64,000 nucleotides of DNA from a virus (IMGVR_UViG_3300042453_002790:751-64750), one strand, 5' to 3'; positions 17,701 through 27,723 are shown, counted from the stretch's first letter. The notes: generated by a model from the letters alone, not told the origin. Translations and numbers: made by a program.

Positions 17701-20700
17701 GTTGTTGTAGAATCAACCTTAAACTCAATTGTTCTGAAGGTAGTAATTCCAGCAACTTGTGTAACTCCAACTGCAATAGGTGATGGACCATGATCTACAA
17801 TGTTACCACCAGTTGTTGAGAAGAAATATCTAGATCCACCGACTTCTTCAACGGAAACAATCAGAGATCTTGAAGAACTGTGATAAGTAAGTGCAAATCC
17901 AGTAGCAGTTCCTCCACTTACGGACTGAGTAATCTCTTGACCAGAATTAAAGATTGCAGTAGATCCTACTCCAGCGAGAGTTAATCTCTGATATTGTGAG
18001 TGAGAATCAATGATTTCTTCAACAATAAACTCTTGATTATTCTTCTGGAATGTGTTGATACCTACTGGTGCAGATCTTAGATCAGTAGGTCTTCTGAATG
18101 AATCATCTTCAAAGAGTTTGAATGTTGATGCGGAAATGTACTGAACATAATAAGTATTACCATTTACCAAACCATTAATAACAATTGGTGGTTCTGATTG
18201 TTCATTTCCAATATAGACAATACTGTCTCCATCTACAAATGGGTGTCCAGCAATGGTTATGACATCGGTATTTGTATTGACTCCTACTGATGGGTTTACT
18301 GTTGCTTCTACAACGAGTGGTTTAAAGAGGCTAGTTCTATCAACATTATTATTATCCAAGAATCTAAGAACGTATAGATCCTGTTCCGTTCTACCAACAC
18401 CAATAACCTTAAGTGTCTGTAGACCACCGGAAGTACCAGTTGCAGCAACACGTCCTCTATCAAAAGCGAATGCATTTGGTGAGAATCCAGTAGCTCTTAG
18501 AGCAACGGAACCGAAGTTAGTTGCGGAGTTGGTGATCGAGAGGTAACCACCAGATTGTGAAAGTGATCCGTAACGGCAGAAGATCTGGAAGCAAGAAACA
18601 ACCTGTGCGTAACCATCGTTAATCGTTCTCCAACCAATACCGTCAAAGGAGATCATGGTAAAGGTTGCAGCAACCATTGACTTACCAAACTCTGGGATAT
18701 CTCCAACTGGAGGATTCTCAGCTAGAAGTTGTACTGCAGGAACGTTTGGAGAAATAACCTTATCACCATCAACAAGGATACCATTACCACCAAGGCTGGA
18801 AAGAATAGTACAGTTTTGGATGTATGGTGACTTAAAGATTTGTGGTTTACTGAGAACTGCAGTTCCACCAACACCAGCAACGTAGTAATGTGGAATATCC
18901 GCTTTCTTTTCACCACGAATAGAGAATGTGGTTGTAGAAGCCGCAGAGATAATACCGAAATCTCTTACACCACTTTGGTGTTGATCTGGATAGAACTGAA
19001 TCTTCTGAATTGTTGGTACTTTTTCTACAACTGGAACTTTCTTAGCAGTACCACCACTTACGTACAGATGTGCAATTGTAGAAACGCCAACATTAACCGT
19101 AAATGTGGTTGAGTTGTCTACACCAGAAACTCTAAATGTGTATCCGTAAGGACTTGTTCCATCTGGGAAGATAGTAGTAGTTACTCCAGCATGTTCTGAA
19201 GCACAAGTAAATGCAAGTCCAGTTAGAGTTACATAATCACCTGCAGTTAATCCATGATTGGAAGCAACTACACAAGTAGCAACACCAGTTGATTCAGTGT
19301 AGATGAAAGTTGAAACTCCAACTTCCCCATAACCTTCATAAACATGAGGAATTGTTGAAATACCAGCATTAAATGTGAAACTATTTGTTGTTACTCCAGT
19401 AACTGTAAATGTATATCCATCAACATTAAAGGAGTTGATAGTTCCATCTGGGAATAGTGTTGTGGTTACGCCAGTGTGTTCTACGGAACAAGAGAATGGA
19501 AGATCCCTTAGAGTAATCTTATCATTTACTTGGTATCCATGAGCTTCTCTTGTTGTTGCTGTGGAAACACCTGTAGTGTTTGTATATGTAAAGGTACTGA
19601 TACCTAATTTTTGCCATCCAACATAAGTGTGAGGAATTGTACTAATTCCGCCTTGAATTGTAATGGTCTTAGCTGCAGTATTAACTCCAATAATTGGATA
19701 AATTGCACCATATCCCTGAGTATCTAATCCATCGTATGGGAAGATGGTTGTGGTCACTCCAGCATGTTCTGAAGTACATGCGAATGGGAAGTTATAGAGG
19801 AATAGTTTCTCGCCAATTACATAAGTTCCACCATTTTCATTTCTATTTGGTGCAGAACGAAGAGTAAGTGTAGAAACACCAACTACATTATTATATCTAA
19901 TACTTGCGATACCAGTTTCATCATATCCACAAGTCCAACCAAGTCCAGTAAGCCTTACTGTATTTCCTGGATATAACTCATGTGGTTCTGCAGAAGTAAT
20001 AGTTGTAACTCCTGTAGCACCATCATAAGTAGCGTTAATAATATTGATAGTATTAGTTGCTGCGTAGCCAGTTCTGTTTAACGAAGTATTGAATGGTTCG
20101 TCAAAAGAAATTGTATAGTTCCAAGTATGCTGTGGAATTTTTGTATTTGAATCAATATAATCAGTAAATGTTAATCCAGTAATATAGTTACCGTTTCTTA
20201 CTTTAAAGAAGTCAATACCTGCATTTAATGGTCTTACAACGACGTTTCTTAATGAATCTGCAATAATATTAACGTTATCATAGAGAATAATTGGGTTATC
20301 CTCAATATAATCTCCGGATTCTACAAGAATTGTTGCACCAGTATTGAAGAAATATCCTAGGAAAGATGCAATCTGAGCAGCCTTCTTAATTGTCTTTACT
20401 GGTTTTGTTCTTCCGTCGTTATCGTCGTCACCAGTAGCTTGAGATACTCTTACAAGTACTTGTGAACCTGATCCACCACCACCAGTGGCAAATCCAATGT
20501 TACCCTGACCATCAGTAATAAGAACTTGACCATCCAAACCATCTTGAGTTGGGAAGGTTAAACCATTAATTGTAGCAATACCTACTACTTCTAAGTTTTT
20601 AAATGAACCCTGTTCAATATTAATCTTACTACCATCATTTTGAATTCTCTGAATTGTTACTAATTCATTGAGTGGAATATCGTATTCACTTACTGAACTA

Positions 20701-22130
20701 TATCCAACAGTAATTGCTGGAGAATTATTTGTAACGGTTGAAACTGCAACATTAGTTCCAGAAGAAAGTCCAACAGCAAAAGTATTTCCTACACCAATTA
20801 AGAAAGCCGGAGTTACGGGGAAAGTTGGATTACTGAATAAAACTTGTCGTCCAATTGTTAATCCTATACCAATTGGTGATTCAAGAACAACAGCGGCCGA
20901 ATCTGTTCTAATTGTACTAATGGAAACACTAGCTCCCAAAGTAATATTAGCTGTACTTGCAGATCCAACTGGAATTAATACTGAGTTTGAATTTACACCA
21001 ACAATAGGAGCATTATTAATGTATAATCCACCAAAATCACTAACACTAATTGAATTTCCTATAGAAACTCCTGTAGTTGATGTTATTGGAATGATTGTTA
21101 CACCGATTCCAACTCCGGATGCTAAAGTAGTATCAATAAATGTAGAATTATAAGCAGGTCTTGTTGCGGTTGTTAATCCTACAATTCTTGCATTTACAAT
21201 ACCACCATCTCTTGCTCCATCTAAAATAGTACTTAATGAACTTCCAATAGAAACGCTACCAGTATCTCCAATAGCTACAATAGTAGCTCCAATACTTGCA
21301 ATTGCAGTTACCGAAGTAAATGTAAGATCCACATCAACTATTGGTAAAGCTACTGTAGTAAATCCGATAATTGGAATATTTGTTCCAACTCCAGAAATAC
21401 TTAATGAATTACCAATAGAAACTCCGGCAGTACTTGCAACCGAAATAATAGTAGATCCAATACTTACAGATGTAGAAATGGTTGTATGTAAGAAATCGGA
21501 ATTAAATGATATCGCTACAGAACTTTGACCAAATCCTGTAATTACTACATTACTAAAATATGTACCAATACTTACGAAATCGCCAACATTAACACCTTCA
21601 GTTGAAGCTACAGCTACAATAGTATTACCGATTCCGGAAGGTTCTGTTACATAAGTATCTAAAGTAAATGTAGTGGTTCCATATCCAGTTACATTTAAAT
21701 TATTAAATGTAGCTGTAGTGCCTCTAGTAGTTACTAAAGTAGAAATTCCAGTTATTAATTGATTGCCATTAACGATAAATGCTGTATTTCCATATCCAAT
21801 TCTAACATCCCAGGAAGACATACTGGAAGTGGAACTCATTCCACTTGTTACAATTCCAGCAAATGTTGCAATACCTGCAACATTTAAATTACCTGTAAGT
21901 CCAGTTTGATATTCTGGATCCGTATTAAATCCAACTTGAAGTGTCTCAGGAAACTCAGCTTTTCTAATATTCGCAAAATCTTTTCTAGCTAATTCAATAC
22001 CACCAACAGTACTTCCATCATGAGCTATTAATGTCTTTTTGTCGGTGTCATAAGTAACTTCTGCAAGTGCTCCAGTAAAAACTGCGTGTTGAGCTGTAGT
22101 ACCTCTTCTTATCTGTACCTGTTTAGTCAT
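14778..22130 (-). CDS. Long tail fibre protein with Mtd_N-like N-terminus and C-terminal intramolecular chaperone (peptidase S74)
   Basis: N-term QVQIRRGTTAQH..FTGALAEVTYDTDKKTL..HDG.T.GG; C-term SDIRLKKNI..IENALEK..KLRGVEF...GFIAQEVE..VP.LV...SVAYQNLTALLVEAIKE plus coiled coil; Gly/Thr/Ser-rich repeats. Confidence 0.88.
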   Translation of the reverse strand: MTKQVQIRRGTTAQHAVFTGALAEVTYDTDKKTLIAHDGSTVGGIELARKDFANIRKAEFPETLQVGFNTDPEYQTGLTGNLNVAGIATFAGIVTSGMSSTSSMSSWDVRIGYGNTAFIVNGNQLITGISTLVTTRGTTATFNNLNVTGYGTTTFTLDTYVTEPSGIGNTIVAVASTEGVNVGDFVSIGTYFSNVVITGFGQSSVAISFNSDFLHTTISTSVSIGSTIISVASTAGVSIGNSLSISGVGTNIPIIGFTTVALPIVDVDLTFTSVTAIASIGATIVAIGDTGSVSIGSSLSTILDGARDGGIVNARIVGLTTATRPAYNSTFIDTTLASGVGIGVTIIPITSTTGVSIGNSISVSDFGGLYINNAPIVGVNSNSVLIPVGSASTANITLGASVSISTIRTDSAAVVLESPIGIGLTIGRQVLFSNPTFPVTPAFLIGVGNTFAVGLSSGTNVAVSTVTNNSPAITVGYSSVSEYDIPLNELVTIQRIQNDGSKINIEQGSFKNLEVVGIATINGLTFPTQDGLDGQVLITDGQGNIGFATGGGGSGSQVLVRVSQATGDDDNDGRTKPVKTIKKAAQIASFLGYFFNTGATILVESGDYIEDNPIILYDNVNIIADSLRNVVVRPLNAGIDFFKVRNGNYITGLTFTDYIDSNTKIPQHTWNYTISFDEPFNTSLNRTGYAATNTINIINATYDGATGVTTITSAEPHELYPGNTVRLTGLGWTCGYDETGIASIRYNNVVGVSTLTLRSAPNRNENGGTYVIGEKLFLYNFPFACTSEHAGVTTTIFPYDGLDTQGYGAIYPIIGVNTAAKTITIQGGISTIPHTYVGWQKLGISTFTYTNTTGVSTATTREAHGYQVNDKITLRDLPFSCSVEHTGVTTTLFPDGTINSFNVDGYTFTVTGVTTNSFTFNAGISTIPHVYEGYGEVGVSTFIYTESTGVATCVVASNHGLTAGDYVTLTGLAFTCASEHAGVTTTIFPDGTSPYGYTFRVSGVDNSTTFTVNVGVSTIAHLYVSGGTAKKVPVVEKVPTIQKIQFYPDQHQSGVRDFGIISAASTTTFSIRGEKKADIPHYYVAGVGGTAVLSKPQIFKSPYIQNCTILSSLGGNGILVDGDKVISPNVPAVQLLAENPPVGDIPEFGKSMVAATFTMISFDGIGWRTINDGYAQVVSCFQIFCRYGSLSQSGGYLSITNSATNFGSVALRATGFSPNAFAFDRGRVAATGTSGGLQTLKVIGVGRTEQDLYVLRFLDNNNVDRTSLFKPLVVEATVNPSVGVNTNTDVITIAGHPFVDGDSIVYIGNEQSEPPIVINGLVNGNTYYVQYISASTFKLFEDDSFRRPTDLRSAPVGINTFQKNNQEFIVEEIIDSHSQYQRLTLAGVGSTAIFNSGQEITQSVSGGTATGFALTYHSSSRSLIVSVEEVGGSRYFFSTTGGNIVDHGPSPIAVGVTQVAGITTFRTIEFKVDSTTTGNVIQGIGNLPVAYKCNLHRPSIVNSSSHTWEFSGSGTDYNALPQNGGKGDPSSEQVSELGGRVYASGTNELGDFKIGSQITAFNRTGNIVFNNKVSIGELDSIRLSLSGGVAVEEFSTDTNLGEGELGGPLNKRVSTQLAVRSFMSNRLGTFIDKTVSQNAVPNAVVQLNSSGQINGDLIPPKVVNYTKTNVSTGRTVLVNEIPAIDIRNGDTIVEPELSYVLIQDVVGQYLILDDDARDYAFNNGDSVISALAASAIGVVTAPPTGVGIGTTIFNYVGYGNSGLVKGVLLGAPIQNGGSGYTTPGIYTCFLQSSTGIGTSALAEVTVGGSGTVTNVDIKTGGRYYQSGDVLTALDANLGGRSGGGAFTVQVNNVETRLYLRLTNNQKFAGSVALADYIADGNAVGISTTLNLDVSYDIDPTTIETGGDVDFPNDRIVVGIGHTFQDGDAIKYTTNGGTNITGLIENTTYYVKRVGLSSVELHSTYSLVSRQDLSGSGIGTHSLIRCGVSTTKDTIHFVNHGFTTGDPVRVTGNTPVGVDTGAFYYIGSVVQNGFTLHLTQTDATSSASGVTFNAVGIAQTGSGTITFTKQNVRYQNTVNTSSVDPDNWSLLASADIDAANIVSGTVSPSRLGSGSANSDTFLSGNSSYRKVVTSVGIASTTPFGITASSSDFGVGFATHYGAVTITANRVASTLDLFSTTGVAKFKTSTFEIGTDGAVSIKNSNTGDVDASTLGTQNGAYYLNSANHTGTIPIARGGTGQTGLPANGAILIGNGSAFNLTTTPTFTGSVTFAGVTNSLNIGAGGDINGNYGSWTGEKAGKIQFHSSNLYLQYSNEFIVRDSAGNNRMTMSSGGNVTFAGTGTFNSDIRLKKNIFTIENALEKTLKLRGVEFDRIDSGDHQLGFIAQEVELVVPDLVYELDAPAPGSIDEGKESMKSVAYQNLTALLVEAIKEQQTQIDELKSAIENLKKGG
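19040..20040 (-). repeat. 3-4 tandem protein repeats inside the tail fibre
   Basis: Unit Y...TGV.T.T....H....G....L..L.F.C..EH[AT]GVTTT[IL]FP; EHxGVTTT copies near 19770, 19480 and 19196; boundaries approximate. Confidence 0.8.
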
Positions 22131-22163
22131 GGAAATACTTAATGACGGTTTATCTTCTTCATT

Positions 22164-22171
22164 TATTTATA
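22164..22171 (-). promoter_or_regulatory. T4-type late promoter TATAAATA for the tail-fibre operon
   Basis: Exact TATAAATA 33 nt upstream of the fibre ATG. Related NATAAATA matches precede other genes at 7905, 8535, 9742, 10593, 13028, 29834, 55335 and 58892; CTAAATA variants at 1476, 39226, 56477 and 57539. Confidence 0.8.
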
Positions 22172-22173
22172 CT

Positions 22174-25100
22174 TTAAATGATAGTAACATAAGTTCTTGG
22201 TATCTGGAATGGATTATTAATAGTTGTAGAAGAAATTTCTTGAATATAAACTGTTCCAATTCCAATGTAAGTTGATTTAGTTGTAGATTCAAATCCACTG
22301 GATAGTGCAAATAGTGTGCCTGTAGATTGAGTTATAATTGCAATACTTTCACTACCGATACCAGAAAGATTAAAGGTTCCACCGCCAATCTTAGATGGTA
22401 TAAAGATAATATTTGGATATAGAAGTTCACCGGAAAGTGTAATAAGTCCACTTCCAACATTAGTATATGTCTTAAATATTGCAGTTTCTGCAGAACCAGT
22501 AAAGGTTGCAAGATTTATACCAACGTAAGTGTATTCTTGTTCTAGTTTTGTGGAAGAAGATCCACTGATATTAATTAGAACTACGTTTTCTGGAGTTTTA
22601 CTGGCTAACGCATTCTGAGAGGAAGAACCTACAAATATAGTTCCAATTCCAACAGAAACTTTGGATACTGATGTATTGGAAATTGCAGAAATTGTAAACA
22701 GTTGTGTATTTGTATAATTTGCAGAGAATGCAACTATTGATTCAGATGCGGCAAATGATATAGTTCCGAAACTAAAGTATGTTTCAAGAGCAGTTTCTCT
22801 TGTGTCTGCATTTCCATTGATATTAAATAGAACTACATCTTCTGGTGGATTTGCAACGAAACTTACCTTGGCGGAATCTAGGTAATCCGATGTAACATCA
22901 ACCGAATCACAAGTATCATAAATTTCGTCAGAAGTATACTTGACAAATCTGAATGTTCCTCTTGATGGATATTGTGGTGAGAATCTTACACCTACTGAAC
23001 CGTTAATATTAATTGATCCAGAACCATCATAATCCTTAACAAGTTTCTCATCAGTTGCAGCACCAGAAAACTCATATAGAACAGTTTGTTCTGGAGTTTG
23101 TGCAATGAATGATTCTTGAGCGGTTCCAGAAACGATTATGTTGGCTGTTTGTTCTGGAGTTTGTGCAGAATATGCTTCTGAAGCTCCAGATAAAGTAAAT
23201 AATGTTCCAGATCCAGAATAAGATTCTACTTCACGTTCTATGAGCGACTCAGAAACAAATATCGTTCCAGTACCAAAGTAAGATTCAGTATTTTTCTCAA
23301 TAATAGGAGCGGTTTGTTGAGAAATGGTAATTAAACCACCAGTAACATAACCTTGATATACTGCAATTTCTCTATTGGAAGAAATTCCGGAGAATGTTAG
23401 AGTTCCAGTTCCAATATAAGTTGTTTCAGCAAAGCTCTCTGCACCAATTCCACTAATGAATATTGTGCCTCTAGCATTATATGGAAGTGTGGCTCTGTAT
23501 AATGTTAATCCTCTATCATCATTGATTCGGATAGTTCCAATACCAGAACTTGGGTCTGTAATGAGCGCATTTCTTGGATATATTGGAGAATAATAATTTG
23601 TTAGAGCAACTCCAGTAGATATATTAATCGATACTGGTTCAGTAATATAAGTTGTTCTCGTATAACTCCAAGATCTACCAACAGATGGACCTCCAGGATA
23701 AGCTTCTGTATCTTGTGGACTGAATCCATTAACAATAAAGATCGATCCAACTCCTCTGGAAGTTCTCTGAGCGGAATCATCAACAACGCCAGAAATCTGA
23801 ATTCCTGTTGTACCAATACCAATATTCTTCTCAATACCATAATGTGGAGTATAATCAATTTGAGGATGAACGAGTTCTCCCGAGAAGGTGAATAGATAAT
23901 TATCTTCTGGTGGGTTTGCACCAAAGGATTCTATAGCATTACCAAGAATATTAATTGTTCCACCAATAAACCCAGTTCCAATTCCAGAGGTTGGAATGAA
24001 GACCGTTCTAGATTCGAGACCGCTATCGGAAAGAATAATGGTCTCAATACCGACATAAGACCTTGTTCTAGCAAGTACAGCTGCAACTGTCTCTGCTTGT
24101 TGATCTAGGAATATTGTTCCAAAACCAACATATACATCAGTTTCGGAATATAATGCATCTCCACAGAGATTAATAGTTCCACCGCGTCTGCGATCAACAC
24201 CAAACGCATCAGTTTCACTGTAAGTTGCAGATCCTGTTATATTGATTATTCCAGAACCATCTGGTGATGGAGTATAATCAACTTCTGGATATACTAATGT
24301 AGTTCCAGATATCGTTAATGTTCCAAATGGATTGATAATATCTGCACTAGAAGTTACTGATCCATAATCATCAGATTCTCCAGTTTGATTTACAAATCCA
24401 AAATCATCAGCGGATTCTGTTGGATCAGTAGTTATTAAACCATAATCTGGTGTGACATTTGATAATGTAGAACTTTCATTATATGAGTACGTTCTCGACT
24501 TCAATCCAATTTCAGAAATAGTGATATCATCTATTCCTTCAGTTAAATTAGATAATACAAATGCATTATCTGCAGAACCATTGATTTGAATATTTCCAGA
24601 ACCTCTTATGGCTGGAGTGTAATCAATGTTTGGTGGATTTAACTCGCCGGAAATTGTGAATAGTGCCGTATTCTCTTGACCATATCCAATAATAATATTT
24701 CCAGAAGTTCCGGATAATTGTAACGATCCAAACGGAATTAAACTTTCTGATGCACCAAAACCAACAATGATGCCATCATCATCACCATAATCTACTACTT
24801 GTCCATAAATTTCAGATATAGATCCGTAATCATCATTTTCTGTAGCAACAACAGAAATAGATCCAGAATCTTCATTGACAAATACTACAATAGAATCTTC
24901 ATTATAATCATAAGCAACGGATTCTATCTTTTCACCAAATGTTAATAATGATCCGCCAATATCATCCGGACTATAGGTTAACTTAACTACCGCTTCCCCA
25001 TATATGTTGTAATTTTCAAAAATTACAGAAGCAGAACCAGATAAAGTAAGTTTTCCAAATGGTATTAGAGTATCAGCTTGATCTATTTCGCCATAAGATT

Positions 25101-27291
25101 CTTGTTCATCTAATAGATTGATAATTAATCCATAGTCATCAATTTCACTAACAGGTGCAGAAATTAATCCATAATTTTCAGGAATCAATTCATTTATAGA
25201 ATTTTCATTGTAATCATAAGTAATAGATTCTTGTTTTTCACCAAAGCTGAATAGTGAACCATTTCCTACTTCAGAATAGACAACTGGTTCTATTCCAGAG
25301 GTTCCAGATATTACAAATAGTGTCGTTGATTCTGGATATTGAGTTACAAACTTAAGGTCACTGGATGATCCAGAAATTGTTATGATCTGAGGGGAAGCTA
25401 CATAAGATTCCGTATTCTTCTCTATAGATTCTCCAGATATGGAGAATTGTCCATATGGATATACATCTTCTGTAATATTTGGATCAATTAATGTTCCATA
25501 ATTATCCGACTGCGAAGCTATTTCGGAGATTAAACCATAAGAATCTTCACTGGTGTAAACACCGTTTACTTGACCATAATCAGTATCAGAAACAAATAAT
25601 ATTGAATCTATGTTATAATCATAGACAACGTATTCTATTCTTTCGCCAAAACTAAATAGAGTTCCTTCTGTATTGTCTGGGCTATAGACAACACTATAAT
25701 CTCCATGTGCAGAGAAGTTCTTATTAATCCATTCTGTATTTGCAGATCCATTTAAATTGAAGGATCCAAATGGAATAGCATCGGAAATAATATCCAGATT
25801 TCCATATTCCTCTATTCCTGTTACAAAATCAGTAATTAATCCAAGATCTTCAATTTCTGTTACTGATGATGTTATTGAACCGGAATCTTCTATTATGAAT
25901 GATACTATAGAATTTTCATTATAAACATAACTAAAGGATTCTAACTTCTCACTAAAGCTAAACAGAGTTCCCTCTGTATTGTCTGGGCTATAAACAACTC
26001 TATACTGACCCTCAGATGAGAAGTTCTTGTTAATCCATTCTGTATTTGCAGAACCATTTAAATTGAATGATCCAAATGGATTATTATTTCCTGTGATATC
26101 AATTTCCTCATAATCAATAAATTCGGTTATTACTTCATCAAGTAAACCACTATCTTCTATTGATCCAACTGCGTCAAGGATTGATCCACTATCTTCGGAT
26201 ACGAAAATATTAGATGAATCAATATTATAACTGTAAATAACTCTTTCAGATTTTTCTCCAAAATTAAGTAGAGAAACTACGTTTTCTGGAGGATTGTATG
26301 TTACTCTATACTCACCACTTGCATTGTAGGTTCTTATATCTGGCGGTTGAACTACAAATGCAGATCCATTAAGATTTAGAGACCCAAAAGGAGTATTAGT
26401 AGAATTAGATATAATTAAATCATAATCTTCATTACCTTGCGAAACCTCAGCAGAAATATCTCCATAATTTTCTGATTGAGTTGGAATACTCGATATGGAT
26501 TCATAGTCATCGGATTGTATAGTTACAATAGCACTATCATTGTAATCATATGAAACCCTTTCTATTGATGTAATAGAAGTTATTATATTAACTGCATCTT
26601 CTGGAGTATTTGATATAAAGTATTCAACTGCAGTTCCCGAGAATACAATATTGGGTTTTGGTTCCTCCGAATCGAAAGTTAAATTGTCGTTATCAAAAGT
26701 AGATTGTGTAGAGTTAAAATTGGATTCAAAGATTCTTGGATTTATTGGCGGTATGTATGATGCAGATTCTTTAGAATTTTCAAATAAAGTTATTAGTGTT
26801 GTTAATTTTGGTGCAGAACTTATAAACTTAAAGGATGCAAGTCCACCAATTAAAAATGTTTCTATTGAATCCGAATTATAATCGTATGATACCTTCTCTA
26901 CTAATGATCCGTTTGTTTGTATATTAGAAACTTCTGAAATTTGTTTTGAAATTAGATATTCAGATGCACTTCCAGTTAACTGAATATCTAATTTGGTTCT
27001 AGGAGCGTAGTATAAAATACTGTCTAATGTAGTTCCAAATAAATTTAAAGTTAGTGAACTACTAACATAACTTTTTATATTATATTCTGAACTCAGACCA
27101 GATGAAAAGTTAAGTTCTCCTACTAAAGAAAATCCAGGAGAAGATGTTAAACTATATCTGTATGATTTTTTTTCTGCGTATTCTAATCCAGATACTATTG
27201 CGAGTGGGCCTCCGACAACACCACCACCCCAAATTTCTGGATCGGGTTGTTTGCAATCAGCGTTATATGAAAAAATATTATTGGAGCTCAT
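22174..27291 (-). CDS. Large acidic repetitive virion structural protein
   Basis: 1705 aa; recurring YxYNxxSI...[ED]D[YS]GxI...PFGxxxLSG units and [YG]xGxGxIxISG units; lies within the structural module. Confidence 0.72.
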   Translation of the reverse strand: MSSNNIFSYNADCKQPDPEIWGGGVVGGPLAIVSGLEYAEKKSYRYSLTSSPGFSLVGELNFSSGLSSEYNIKSYVSSSLTLNLFGTTLDSILYYAPRTKLDIQLTGSASEYLISKQISEVSNIQTNGSLVEKVSYDYNSDSIETFLIGGLASFKFISSAPKLTTLITLFENSKESASYIPPINPRIFESNFNSTQSTFDNDNLTFDSEEPKPNIVFSGTAVEYFISNTPEDAVNIITSITSIERVSYDYNDSAIVTIQSDDYESISSIPTQSENYGDISAEVSQGNEDYDLIISNSTNTPFGSLNLNGSAFVVQPPDIRTYNASGEYRVTYNPPENVVSLLNFGEKSERVIYSYNIDSSNIFVSEDSGSILDAVGSIEDSGLLDEVITEFIDYEEIDITGNNNPFGSFNLNGSANTEWINKNFSSEGQYRVVYSPDNTEGTLFSFSEKLESFSYVYNENSIVSFIIEDSGSITSSVTEIEDLGLITDFVTGIEEYGNLDIISDAIPFGSFNLNGSANTEWINKNFSAHGDYSVVYSPDNTEGTLFSFGERIEYVVYDYNIDSILFVSDTDYGQVNGVYTSEDSYGLISEIASQSDNYGTLIDPNITEDVYPYGQFSISGESIEKNTESYVASPQIITISGSSSDLKFVTQYPESTTLFVISGTSGIEPVVYSEVGNGSLFSFGEKQESITYDYNENSINELIPENYGLISAPVSEIDDYGLIINLLDEQESYGEIDQADTLIPFGKLTLSGSASVIFENYNIYGEAVVKLTYSPDDIGGSLLTFGEKIESVAYDYNEDSIVVFVNEDSGSISVVATENDDYGSISEIYGQVVDYGDDDGIIVGFGASESLIPFGSLQLSGTSGNIIIGYGQENTALFTISGELNPPNIDYTPAIRGSGNIQINGSADNAFVLSNLTEGIDDITISEIGLKSRTYSYNESSTLSNVTPDYGLITTDPTESADDFGFVNQTGESDDYGSVTSSADIINPFGTLTISGTTLVYPEVDYTPSPDGSGIINITGSATYSETDAFGVDRRRGGTINLCGDALYSETDVYVGFGTIFLDQQAETVAAVLARTRSYVGIETIILSDSGLESRTVFIPTSGIGTGFIGGTINILGNAIESFGANPPEDNYLFTFSGELVHPQIDYTPHYGIEKNIGIGTTGIQISGVVDDSAQRTSRGVGSIFIVNGFSPQDTEAYPGGPSVGRSWSYTRTTYITEPVSINISTGVALTNYYSPIYPRNALITDPSSGIGTIRINDDRGLTLYRATLPYNARGTIFISGIGAESFAETTYIGTGTLTFSGISSNREIAVYQGYVTGGLITISQQTAPIIEKNTESYFGTGTIFVSESLIEREVESYSGSGTLFTLSGASEAYSAQTPEQTANIIVSGTAQESFIAQTPEQTVLYEFSGAATDEKLVKDYDGSGSININGSVGVRFSPQYPSRGTFRFVKYTSDEIYDTCDSVDVTSDYLDSAKVSFVANPPEDVVLFNINGNADTRETALETYFSFGTISFAASESIVAFSANYTNTQLFTISAISNTSVSKVSVGIGTIFVGSSSQNALASKTPENVVLINISGSSSTKLEQEYTYVGINLATFTGSAETAIFKTYTNVGSGLITLSGELLYPNIIFIPSKIGGGTFNLSGIGSESIAIITQSTGTLFALSSGFESTTKSTYIGIGTVYIQEISSTTINNPFQIPRTYVTII
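25652..26080. repeat. Imperfect DNA direct repeat (~123 bp, 306-bp period) in the 1705-aa gene
   Basis: 25652-25774 vs 25958-26080; both encode PFGSFNLNGSANTEWINKNFS..G.Y.VVYSPDNTEGTLFSF. Confidence 0.88.
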
Positions 27292-27659
27292 AACTGACCT
27301 CCACCGGAAACATCGGGTATTACTTTTCTTTCTAGATCACTACAAACCTGGAAAATAATACTAAACCCAACCCAACGAAGTATAATTCCGTGAAGAACGA
27401 TTGATCTATTATTAAGATCAATATATCTTTCAAAGAGGGATACTTTCTTAACGTATTTTGTCTTGTTACTACTTACTTTTATACGTCCAAAAGGAACAAG
27501 AGTTTCTTTACAATCGACAAGATAAAAATCTTCAGAGTGATTTATTTCCTCAGGCAAATCGCCAAAATCTTCCACAACCCAAGAAGAACTGGATAAGATT
27601 CCAAAATCTTCTTGGGTATACTCATTAATAGTAGATGAATTATACTCGTAAATATTCAT
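27288..27659 (-). CDS. Hypothetical protein carrying one copy of the repeat unit of the downstream 1705-aa protein
   Basis: YEYNSSTI...EDFGIL....EDFGDL....EDFYLV....LVPFG; ATGA overlap with the next gene. Confidence 0.65.
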   Translation of the reverse strand: MNIYEYNSSTINEYTQEDFGILSSSSWVVEDFGDLPEEINHSEDFYLVDCKETLVPFGRIKVSSNKTKYVKKVSLFERYIDLNNRSIVLHGIILRWVGFSIIFQVCSDLERKVIPDVSGGGQL

Positions 27660-27688
27660 CCTATCACGACAATGAAAGACCTTCTAAC

Positions 27689-27723
27689 AAAAAAGGGGAT
27701 TGCATTTACCACAATCCCCAAAA
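27689..27723 (-). terminator. Rho-independent terminator after the 335-aa gene
   Basis: Minus strand GGGGATTG-TGGTAAATG-CAATCCCC-TTTTTT; T/A tracts on both sides, so possibly bidirectional. Confidence 0.8.

Noticed and set aside
14778-22130. Diversity-generating retroelement suggested by the Mtd_N-like fibre N-terminus
   Set aside because: No reverse transcriptase and no template/variable repeat pair with adenine-specific mismatches seen in the window; Mtd_N is a common attachment domain
27288-27291. Programmed frameshift fusing the 123-aa and 1705-aa ORFs
   Set aside because: An ordinary ATGA stop/start overlap with GGAGG upstream, and no slippery heptamer at the junction
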